Virus record (IMG/VR): IMGVR_UViG_3300016467_000657
Location: 5,901-69,900 of that record
Direction: 5' to 3' (one strand)
Origin: a virus
Lineage: Duplodnaviria > Caudoviricetes
DNA length: 64,000 nt
Part shown: in pieces, positions 16,888 through 26,200 of the stretch
How the letters are laid out: every line of letters starts with the position of its first letter
Position numbering within the stretch: the stretch's first letter is position 1
Translations under genes and position numbers: made by a program
The notes under the pieces: generated by a model
Database searches by the model: none
The model's input: the letters and a program-made list of their open reading frames with translations, nothing else
What the model was told of the DNA's origin: nothing

Positions 16888-17379
16888 TTATTGTTTTCCC
16901 ATTCTGTTGATTCGTTTAGCGATTTCCTTCAGACGATGATGAATTTCCTTCATGTCTGGTTGAGTACGTGCCCATAGATTGCTTGTATTATAACCACATT
17001 CTGTCTTTAGTCTTTCACAGATACCAACTAGATATTCAACTTCACCAAGCATTTTCTTGGCCTGATTGATGCCGTATGAAATCTTGGCATGATTCTTCAT
17101 CATGTCGCTTTCTTTGAAATTGCGATAACGGCTGCGAGCTTCCATGATGTGTGCATCACGACGAAGTGTAAGTGTTTCACCTTCACCAACTGTAGTATCA
17201 TCCGTGTCTTCTTTACCAACAACTTTGCCACCCGGCATTGATTTTTCCGCTGTTTTCTTTTTGCTCTTGTGGCCACGAAATGCAGCAGGAGTCATATATC
17301 CAGCAACAGCACCCGTACCTGTCATTTCTTCAAGTACTTCTTCAACAAGTTCACGGATGATCTGTTTGGTGTCTTTCAT
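16888..17379 (-). CDS. Hypothetical head-region protein
   Basis: 163-aa ORF; QIIRELVEEVLEEM then TGAVAGYMTPAAF. Confidence 0.8.
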   Translation of the reverse strand: MKDTKQIIRELVEEVLEEMTGTGAVAGYMTPAAFRGHKSKKKTAEKSMPGGKVVGKEDTDDTTVGEGETLTLRRDAHIMEARSRYRNFKESDMMKNHAKISYGINQAKKMLGEVEYLVGICERLKTECGYNTSNLWARTQPDMKEIHHRLKEIAKRINRMGKQ

Positions 17380-17699
17380 TATTTGATATTCACTCTTTGA
17401 GCAACATATACTTCATCAAATTCTGCGCCATATTCATATTCATAGCCACCACTTGAAGCATGCACAGTTTTTTCACCATCAGCATTTTCTTGCATGTAAA
17501 ATCCTTCTTCTTCATCAATCTCTATAAATTCTCCGTCATATTCAGACTGAATAAACACAACTATCTTTTTTGCGTCTAGTAATTTATTCAGTTGATCAAA
17601 AGTGTATGTTGGTCCAGATGGAGATGCTTTCTTGGCTGCTTCTGCTTGAACACCTTCAATTGTTTCTCTAATGATTTGTTTGAGTTCGTCGCGTGTCAT
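17379..17699 (-). CDS. Hypothetical head-region protein
   Basis: 106-aa acidic ORF; ELKQIIRETIE N-terminus; stop overlaps the next start. Confidence 0.75.
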   Translation of the reverse strand: MTRDELKQIIRETIEGVQAEAAKKASPSGPTYTFDQLNKLLDAKKIVVFIQSEYDGEFIEIDEEEGFYMQENADGEKTVHASSGGYEYEYGAEFDEVYVAQRVNIK

Positions 17700-17706
17700 A
17701 TGTGTA

Positions 17707-18582
17707 TTATTTTAAGTTCTTCAATTCTTTGATCAATTCATAGCTGAGTAGCATTGCCATGATTTGATTTTCCTTCACAAGTGTTCCTTTGGTGATCTTG
17801 TCCAATTGATTGAGTGTTTCATCAAGCTTGATCTTGATGACATCGTTATCAACCTTGCTCTTCAATTCCATTATCTGCGCACGAACAAATGGAACTTCTG
17901 CATTGATATATTCACGAAGTGAATTTGTGTTGCTTACATTATTGATATATTCGCGAATAAGAACCTTCTGCTTTTCATCAAGTCCCTTGTACTTTTCATT
18001 GAATGAATCAACAAGAAGCTTATATGCAAGAAGACGAACATCCTCATTTTGCTGCTGATATACCTTGATAAGATCCTTCTTTTCATCTTCACTTACAAGA
18101 CGAGTTGGAGTCTTGTTTGATATGATGCTTTCAACAATGCAGCTGCGAGCTTGAAAAATTTCACGTGGATCACAAACAACTTCATTTACAGTCTCATCAA
18201 AAACCTTGTATATGCTGGCAAGAAGCTTGTAATTGTTGATGCTGCCTTTTAAAAAGTCTTCAATTGGATAATTTTCGCTGATCTCCTTCACCAAATTGTA
18301 TTTCTGAACATTAAGTGTTTTTTCATCAAGCTTTTTTCTGGTGCGCAATATTGTTTCAAGAAGTCTGTCTGCTGATGATGTATCCTTGGCTTTTTCTTCC
18401 AAGATGATTCTATACAGTCTGTTTTCTTTACCAAGCTCTGTTGATTCGCTGAAATACTTGCGAAGAATACCGTTTGCTTTTGAGTCCTCTTGACCGTTAA
18501 GAATGTCGGCAGTAACTTGACGCACCAACAATTCGAATAGTATACCAGCATTCTTATACTTAGAGTGTTTCAGCTTCTTCAT
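17707..18582 (-). CDS. Hypothetical alpha-helical protein downstream of the portal
   Basis: 291-aa ORF with its own late-type motif. Confidence 0.85.
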   Translation of the reverse strand: MKKLKHSKYKNAGILFELLVRQVTADILNGQEDSKANGILRKYFSESTELGKENRLYRIILEEKAKDTSSADRLLETILRTRKKLDEKTLNVQKYNLVKEISENYPIEDFLKGSINNYKLLASIYKVFDETVNEVVCDPREIFQARSCIVESIISNKTPTRLVSEDEKKDLIKVYQQQNEDVRLLAYKLLVDSFNEKYKGLDEKQKVLIREYINNVSNTNSLREYINAEVPFVRAQIMELKSKVDNDVIKIKLDETLNQLDKITKGTLVKENQIMAMLLSYELIKELKNLK

Positions 18583-18596
18583 ACAATTTTATTATT

Positions 18597-18605
18597 TATA
18601 AATAT
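18597..18605 (-). promoter_or_regulatory. Putative late promoter ATATTTATA
   Basis: Exact, 14 nt before the ATG at 18582. Confidence 0.6.
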
Positions 18606-18631
18606 GAGCATGGTTGATAAAAACCCCAATT

Positions 18632-20527
18632 TTAGAGAGGTTTATCCTCTTCAATGATATTGGATTCATCCAATATGGATTTTTCTTCCATAATTATCTT
18701 TTTTTGTTTATTGATCTGTTTGCTTTTCAAGGAGTTTTTTATATTCTTTAGATCTTCTTCCAAAGATAATGCAGAGCCTCTGTATATATGACGAGTTCTG
18801 CGTTCTGTTTTTGATTTTTCCTTGTTTTCTTTGTTACCCAAAGGATCTTCTCCGAAATTCTTGGTGTGCGAAGATGTATATTTTTCCTTGTTTCCTGTTT
18901 GATCACGATTGCCGCGTTCACGATCTTTTCGTGTTTCTTCTTCAAGTGGCGGCAATTCTCCACCAGCTTCTCCACCACCAGCTTCTGCACCATCGGCTTC
19001 ACCTCCACCGAGTTCGGCACCGCCAAGTTCTGGTGCAGCTTCTCCACCGCCACCCCCACCACCTTTGTTTGCAAATGCAGGATCGCTGCCTTCATCAGTA
19101 ATTTGCTGCAATCTCCATTCTTCCTTCTTGTCTCCAACAACTTCATTCTGCAATGTTTCAATGTCAGCATCCGACATATTGAATATATTGTTGTACATCC
19201 ATGTCTTGCTGAACATATTGCTTTCCTTCATATCAGCAGCAAGATTTACCTTGGTTTGCCATATTTCTAATTTTTCCTGTTCAAAGATTGTACTTGGATT
19301 GCTGAGTTCCAATTCAAAGTCAACAAGAGATGCATCCTGATATCCTTGTACATACAAGTGAACGATTGCAATCTTGGTAAGTTCAGAAATAAGAATGCGC
19401 TGAATACGTCCGATGGTACGAGCAAATCTTACATCTTCAGCGGCAAGTGTTGCTTTTCCACTTAGTCCTTCTTCATATCCAAGAAATGCCTTTGGAATCT
19501 TGAGCGCCGCCATCATCTTGTTGCGAATATATTCAAGGTCATCAATGCCAGTGAATTCCATGCCCGGCAATGTATCAATCTTTGTTCCACTGTCACTGCC
19601 ACGAACAGGCAGATAAAAGTCTTCAATCATATTATTCAGATTGAATCTTAGATTATAATCTCCTGTCTTTTCATCAATATATGGAACTTTTTTGACTTGA
19701 TTGATGATCTTTGCCATTGCTGTATCAATATCAGCAGGAGGAATGTTTCCAACATCAATGGAGAATATTCTCTTTTCTGGAGCACGCATGATACGATGAA
19801 TAAGCATGGCGTCTTCCATCAAACTCAATTGTTTCCATACACGGCGTGCTGGTTCAACCATTGATTTTCCATATGGTAGGAAATTACTGTCGCTCAAAAG
19901 TCTGAAGTGTGCGATTTCAAAATTTTCATATTCCATTCCACCACCAACACCATCGTGCTGATACTTCACATAATTGATGTTCTTTGGATCACTGCCTTCT
20001 ATACGAGTGATTTCATATGGACTGATTGGATGAACAAGATACACACCATACTCAGGAGATATTTCCATGCGCAAAAAGAAATCTCCATATTTGCACATGT
20101 TTCTTGTCCAACTCCACATATTGAACTCAACATTCATTATGTCATAGAACAAGTTGTGAAGAATGCGCTTGATGTTTTCATTCTTTGAATTAATGGTAAG
20201 AACGTTGCCAAATTCACTTGGTACAAGACATTCATCGCTATAAATGTCCAATGCAGAAGCAATGATAGGATCCATGTCCATTACATCATAATCTCTGAAC
20301 AATTCAAGACGACTTGACTGATATGCCATGCTCAAGTCGCGATTATGAAGATTATATGTTGAACTTCTTAAGCGATTAAAACGGTCGCGCAAACTGTTTC
20401 TGTCTGTTGCGTATTGTATTTCATCAGTATCTACAACTTTGATTTTCTTACCGCCCACATTACGGACAATAACGTCCGTGGAGAACATCTTCTTCAGTCT
20501 ACTAAATAAATCTTTTTGATCAGCCAT
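18632..20527 (-). CDS. gp20: Portal protein (T4 gp20-like)
   Basis: LMEDAMLIHRIMRAPEKRIFSIDVGN.P, EDFYLPVRG...GTKIDTLPG, DDLEY...KM..ALKIP; acidic Gly/Glu C-terminal extension. Confidence 0.95.
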   Translation of the reverse strand: MADQKDLFSRLKKMFSTDVIVRNVGGKKIKVVDTDEIQYATDRNSLRDRFNRLRSSTYNLHNRDLSMAYQSSRLELFRDYDVMDMDPIIASALDIYSDECLVPSEFGNVLTINSKNENIKRILHNLFYDIMNVEFNMWSWTRNMCKYGDFFLRMEISPEYGVYLVHPISPYEITRIEGSDPKNINYVKYQHDGVGGGMEYENFEIAHFRLLSDSNFLPYGKSMVEPARRVWKQLSLMEDAMLIHRIMRAPEKRIFSIDVGNIPPADIDTAMAKIINQVKKVPYIDEKTGDYNLRFNLNNMIEDFYLPVRGSDSGTKIDTLPGMEFTGIDDLEYIRNKMMAALKIPKAFLGYEEGLSGKATLAAEDVRFARTIGRIQRILISELTKIAIVHLYVQGYQDASLVDFELELSNPSTIFEQEKLEIWQTKVNLAADMKESNMFSKTWMYNNIFNMSDADIETLQNEVVGDKKEEWRLQQITDEGSDPAFANKGGGGGGGEAAPELGGAELGGGEADGAEAGGGEAGGELPPLEEETRKDRERGNRDQTGNKEKYTSSHTKNFGEDPLGNKENKEKSKTERRTRHIYRGSALSLEEDLKNIKNSLKSKQINKQKKIIMEEKSILDESNIIEEDKPL

Positions 20528-20556
20528 AAGTATTGTATATATATGAGCGCCTAAAG

Positions 20557-20565
20557 TATAAATAT
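20557..20565 (-). promoter_or_regulatory. Putative late promoter ATATTTATA (portal)
   Basis: Exact, 29 nt before the portal ATG. Confidence 0.6.
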
Positions 20566-20591
20566 ATACTCGTGGGATTTTTATAAGATAA

Positions 20592-22244
20592 TCATTTTAA
20601 TAACCAAGTTAAATCAATTGGTTGTTGACTGCCACCGGGTCCGCCCACTTTCATTTGCCAAGGGTTTGGCTGCGTTCCAAATGGATTTGTATTTCTATAC
20701 AAGGATTGCATATTGCTTTTTACTTGTTCATTTGAAGTGGATCCTATTCTATCAAGTATTGTCTTTGTTATAGTCTCTGAATCTTTTCTTAATCTTAGCG
20801 CAACATCTCTTATCCAAAGTCCAATTCCCAAAGACATAACAAGGTCGTCATTATATCCATCCATTGCTTCTGCTTTTGATGACACTGCACCACTCTTCCA
20901 TATAAACACTTGTAATTCTTCCACCAATCTTTTGCTATGAATAATAACTTCTTTGTTTCTGAAATAGCTTTCAAGCTTTGAAATAAGAAGAGGTTTGGAT
21001 TTGTTTGAGGTTGTAAACCCCGGTGTCATCTTCTTTTCCTGTGCATTGATCTTATTGCTCATTTGATTTTCAACGTCAACATATTGAAGATCAGATGAAC
21101 TATAAAACAAATTTGGATAACTGTTGTCCAACACTTCTTGTATGACTGCCCAACCAACATTTGCATTTTCTATCACAAGCAATGCATTATTGTATTCTGT
21201 TGCCATTGTGATTAGCGCACGAGCATATTCCTTGGTTGGTAATTTTCCTTTATATTCCGCCACTTGTTCCATTGTTTCAATGTCCAATATTTGAGCGGCG
21301 CTATAATCTGATGCATCTCCACGCGCAACGTCGGCGCTAACCATATATGATTTTCCAGCTTCTGGATATTTGAATATCCAATATCCTTTGTCTATACCTC
21401 GTTTTTCAATCGGGTCTGTTACTTGATTCTTGCTATACCATTCAAGTATTGGAATTTCAATTACAGTATTACCAGATGTGCTGAATTCGCAATCACATTC
21501 TTGTGCAGCACCTCTTTCACCAGAAAGTTTTGTCTGCTCATCTCTCCATTTTTGATCGCGTTCTGGATGAAGATGCCAAGGTAGACTGATACGATTCATA
21601 TCATTCAGTCCTTCTTCACTTTCTGTCCACATCTTATGAAACCAATTACCAACACCGTTTGGAGTTGATAGTATGATCGCCTTACCACCCGTTGACAATG
21701 TGTATTGAGATGACAACCATATTTCTTCTATGTTGTCAATGAATGCAGCTTCGTCCACCACAAGCAACGACAGCGCACTTGAACGACCAGATGTACCAGC
21801 ACTACTTGCCGCTTTTATTTCCGATCCATTCTTCAATTTCAATGACAGTCTGTTGTCTTCTACTGCTGGAACTTTCAACCAACTTGGCAAATTATCATTG
21901 GCAAATCTTACCTTGGTCACAATTGCCTTGGATGTTTCTTGTGTGATACTCAAGCAAAGTATCTGCTTGTCATTATGAAATGTCATCAGCCACATGCTAT
22001 ATCCAGCCACCAATGTTGTAATACCCATCTGACGGCTTTTAAGAATGATGTTTTGATTATGCTTTACAAAGTCTTCCAAAGCCTTGTCCTGAAAAGGATA
22101 TGTGATAAATGGCAAAGTGCCGCGTGTAGGATGTTGAATCTTAACATACTTCTTCATGAAGTATATAGGATCCTTGGCGCACTTGATGTATTCTTCTCTG
22201 ATTACATCCTTGAGATTTTTTGTCTTGCCATCAGACATGTCCAA
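20592..22244 (-). CDS. gp17: Terminase large subunit (T4 gp17-like)
   Basis: LKSRQMGITT (Walker A), LLVVDEAAF (Walker B), LSTPNG.GNWF, QECDCEF, VSADVARG..DYS, G.NDDLVM. Confidence 0.95.
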   Translation of the reverse strand: MDMSDGKTKNLKDVIREEYIKCAKDPIYFMKKYVKIQHPTRGTLPFITYPFQDKALEDFVKHNQNIILKSRQMGITTLVAGYSMWLMTFHNDKQILCLSITQETSKAIVTKVRFANDNLPSWLKVPAVEDNRLSLKLKNGSEIKAASSAGTSGRSSALSLLVVDEAAFIDNIEEIWLSSQYTLSTGGKAIILSTPNGVGNWFHKMWTESEEGLNDMNRISLPWHLHPERDQKWRDEQTKLSGERGAAQECDCEFSTSGNTVIEIPILEWYSKNQVTDPIEKRGIDKGYWIFKYPEAGKSYMVSADVARGDASDYSAAQILDIETMEQVAEYKGKLPTKEYARALITMATEYNNALLVIENANVGWAVIQEVLDNSYPNLFYSSSDLQYVDVENQMSNKINAQEKKMTPGFTTSNKSKPLLISKLESYFRNKEVIIHSKRLVEELQVFIWKSGAVSSKAEAMDGYNDDLVMSLGIGLWIRDVALRLRKDSETITKTILDRIGSTSNEQVKSNMQSLYRNTNPFGTQPNPWQMKVGGPGGSQQPIDLTWLLK

Positions 22245-22620
22245 GTTCCTCGTAATATCTGTATAGTGGGTCAGAGTAACTTATATACACTACATCGGGT
22301 ATATTCGCATAAACATATTTCTTGAATTGATCAGCGGATATGTCCAATATTTTTCCTTCAACATTTACCCAATCATGATTTACTTGGTATTCATCCAAAT
22401 TTTCATCCTCGTCTGATCTATATCTCCAAGCACCGGGTTCATCCAATGTGAATATTCCCATTACATGATCTGCTCTTATTCCTCTGCTTCTTAGTTCTTT
22501 AACCATTTCTTTGGCCATATACTCACACTTGCCATCAGACGATGCAAATCTTGATTTTACCTTATGAGCCAATGCATCAATAAGTTCAGCTTGGGGTAAT
22601 AGCTTTGTCAATTTCTGCAT
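22231..22620 (-). CDS. Small papain/transglutaminase-like (Cys-His-Asp) protein
   Basis: GKCEYMA ... NHDWV ... ILDISADQF gives the C/H/D order of transglutaminase-like folds. Confidence 0.55.
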   Translation of the reverse strand: MQKLTKLLPQAELIDALAHKVKSRFASSDGKCEYMAKEMVKELRSRGIRADHVMGIFTLDEPGAWRYRSDEDENLDEYQVNHDWVNVEGKILDISADQFKKYVYANIPDVVYISYSDPLYRYYEELGHV

Positions 22621-23209
22621 TTACTTTCTTCAACTCCTTTTCCGCCGACTTTATCTTTTTCAGACAAGTCACAAAATCTTTCTTGACGTTTTCAAGCAGT
22701 TCTCCTCTTGCTTCATTGCTCCACTCTTCTACCATACCTGTTGAATTTGCCCATGTAAGAGTTTTTGAATCTTCACTCTCAAGATAATCTTTGCTTTCCT
22801 TTAGCTTTTGACGAACATCATTCAAGTACGCCAATTCATTCTCAATAAGTTTCTTTGTTTCATACAGCTTGTATTTGCCCTTGAGCTTCAATTGTGTTTC
22901 TTCTTCAACAACGCAATCAAGACATTTCTTGGTACGATAATACATCTTGCGATCTTGTCTGCTGCCCCATCTTATTTCCTTCTTGCAGCATTCACATTTT
23001 TCATTCATTTCTTCACGAATAATGTCTGATACTCTTGTTACGGCGGCTGGACCATAATCTTTTTGCTCCCATTCTTTACCACTGGCATCAGTCCAACGCT
23101 CGCCAACTTTTCTGATGATATACTTGTCCATATCACCACGATAACCGACTTGTATTATTGGGCGCTCGCCGTTCAAATAATCATTAACAATATCTATGTT
23201 TTTCTTCAT
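22586..23209 (-). CDS. Hypothetical protein with two CxxC motifs and a coiled-coil C-terminus
   Basis: CECC...CLDC; 207 aa. Confidence 0.8.
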   Translation of the reverse strand: MKKNIDIVNDYLNGERPIIQVGYRGDMDKYIIRKVGERWTDASGKEWEQKDYGPAAVTRVSDIIREEMNEKCECCKKEIRWGSRQDRKMYYRTKKCLDCVVEEETQLKLKGKYKLYETKKLIENELAYLNDVRQKLKESKDYLESEDSKTLTWANSTGMVEEWSNEARGELLENVKKDFVTCLKKIKSAEKELKKVNAEIDKAITPS

Positions 23210-23269
23210 ATTATAAAACCTTTATCATATATATGCGGCAAAGTCCATAATACAATGCCGCACAATTTA

Positions 23270-26200
23270 TTATATGGACAATCCAAGAATATCCTTGGTA
23301 GCCTTTTGCACAGAAGCATATTCTTTTGGACCTAACCCTTCACCAGCCAAAACTTCTGTGAATCTGTTCATGGCAATATCAATTGTTTTCTTGTCCAAAT
23401 ATTTTTTCATCAGTCTGAGCAATCCTTGATAACTGCGGAACTCTGCTCTTTCTTCGGCGGATGCTTTTTTCTTGAACAATATTTCAAATATTCTGCCAAC
23501 GTCTGTGATTCTATCTTCTGGTTTTGTTTCCTTGGCTTCCACGAATCTGTATGCATCAACCATCTTTCCGTTATATGGCATGGTCTTTACCAACTCATAT
23601 GCTTTACGTATACCAGTGCCACCACCTCCAGTATTAAGTGTATACGAGGACGGAACACTGTGTTGTGCTGCTTTGGTAACTTCTTTATCAGTAAGTTCCT
23701 TCACTGCACCAGATTGAACTTTTTTCACTGCTCCCGGAGTCAATACAACTGCATTTGGCAATACTGTTGTTGCTCTTGCAAGAGAACGAAGCATCAATGC
23801 TCCAGCCAATCCCTTGATACCCACAGTCAAATCTTCCCACGGAGAATCTTTGCTGAATTTTGTCCATTCGCTTGGCTTTTCATATCCTTGTGGATCAAGA
23901 AACATTTCATCACCTTCAAAGTCCACTTGAACAACCTGTTTCATTGGAGCATAATACCAAAGTGTTACAAGTTGATCTGGAATGGATGCATAACTCTTTG
24001 TGCGGCCAACATAATAAAATTTGCTGGACAATTTGTTCTGTGATGTTGGATTCCATTCTGCTTTATTGTCATCAATTCCATCCAAAAAAGATGTCAGCGC
24101 ATCCAATTTTGATTTTGGAATAATCACATCTATGTCACCGAATGAATCCTTGTATTTGCTTAATACACCAAACTTGTTTGGATCCATAAGGAATTGTGAA
24201 CTGCCGTTGAAGATAAATCCATTTTCAATATATGGATTGTTCTTTTTCCAAAAACCAACCTTGGCATTCAGCACATATACAAGCTCTTTGATATCTCTTG
24301 ATACTGCGGAGTGAATGTCTTTTCCTTGTAAATCAACGATTTTTAGTTTAGTTGTTGCTTGTGCTGGCTGACCATCCACCATTTTTGGTGTCTTTGGATC
24401 TACGGCGGCGATTGATTTTCCAGATTCCATCAATAGCGCATAATGTTCCTTGATGATCTGATTTGCCATCTGTATTCCCAGATCAGCATGATTTTTTATT
24501 TTTTCTATTGTTCTCATGGCGCTTGGTGTTTGTGCTTTTTCAAGTTTCTTGGCTGTTTTTGCTCGCTCCATCATGTCGATGTATGTGGTTCTTACGCGAT
24601 CAACAAATTGTTTTCTGCTTTTGATTGTTATGCCGTCCTTGGATGTTATGACTCCAGCGTCAAATATTCCATTCTTTTCAAGTGTATTTGCCAAAGCAAC
24701 TACGGTTTCACATTTCTTTTTAAGTGAAGGATCATCGGCATCAAGACCCATATGACCTAACAGAGGTGAGAAATCTGGATTTTCAATTCCAGCCATTTCT
24801 CCATAGAATCTTACAATCTCAGCAAATACTTCATTCGGCTTTAGGAATTTTTGCACAGCATCTTTTTTGATTGATGACGAAACAACCTTGCCACCGACGG
24901 TGTTGATATATGGATTTGTACTTGAACCAAGTACAACATTCAGCGCATCACTTAATGCACTTAGCATCATTCCTGTGACAAATCCTTTTAATCCTTTTTC
25001 TGGCGTTGTTCTTACACTTGTCCAATCGGCTGAAACAGTATATGATAATACAAGATCAACTTGAACTTTTTTACCATCGACATTAAAGATCAAATATCCA
25101 ATTCCAAAATCTGGATCATTTGTGGCGTCGTGAATATAACTTGGCTTCTTTGTCTTTATGAATTCACGAATCTTGTCGCTAAAAATCTTGTTGGCTTCCA
25201 ACTGATCTTTTCTTTCATTACTTTCAACTGGCAATACAAGCTGCATATCAATATCACCATATGTTACACTTGGATCATTCAAGTCATTCTTGTAATACTT
25301 GCCACTTCCTGTCGGACCTTTGGTTGATAACTTGGATAATCCAGACCATGCATTGAAATCATTCAAGAATTTGTTCATGTCTTCCACAATCTTGGCCACT
25401 GTTTTTGGTGTAACTTCCCATTCTTGTGTTTCTGGATTTCTCCATCCACCTTCATTCAATATTTCATTTGCAACTTGATGTATGAGTTGTTCTACCAAAG
25501 CAGAGTATGGATTAATCTCTGCAAGATCACTTGGTCTGCGGGATGAAAGAGTATTCCATATTTCTTCCTTGTATTTGCTTGATATAGGCGGCAAATATTT
25601 CATGAATGAGTCCTTGTCATTGTTCTGCAAGAATTCTCTCATCTTTGTGCCGCTGACATTTACAGTACTTGTTCTTTCAACACCAATCTTTTTGATCTTA
25701 CCCGCTTTAAGCAGTTCTGGATATTTGTTCAAATCTTCCTGTTTGAAATTTGTCTCAACATCTTCCTTGTCAGAATACAAATTGATGGTTGGAACATTTG
25801 CCGCATCCTGAGTTAGTCTTTGTTCAAACCAACCAAGCTCGTGCATTACTGATCTTAGTGGAGAGTCAACAAACTTCACCTTTACATTCTTTGGCAATGA
25901 TGGAATGAGCATATCACTCCATATCTGCACAAAATCATCGCCATATATTGGAAATTCACCTTTGCGCACGCGATCTGTGGTTGATGTATACACCACAACA
26001 TTGTCATTTTCATTTGCCGCCTTTTCAATCAGTTTCCAGTGTCCAATATGCAATGGTTTACCAGCAATAGGAAGAAGAGCAATGCTTTTTGTTTTTGAGC
26101 CAAGCAATTCCTGCTTTGCTGTCATAAGACGAACAGTATCGTGAATATCATCTTTGATCTGAACAAGATTCTTTTTGTTTCCTGCAATTTTCTGCAATGC

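Noticed and set aside
20555-20570. AGTATA-N4-TATACT inverted repeat over the portal promoter as an operator
   Set aside because: Short and almost all A/T, so expected by chance; not repeated at the other promoter copies
18632-22244. Inteins or group I introns in the portal or terminase
   Set aside because: Motifs are contiguous at the expected spacing; no C/S...HN intein ends or LAGLIDADG/HNH inserts
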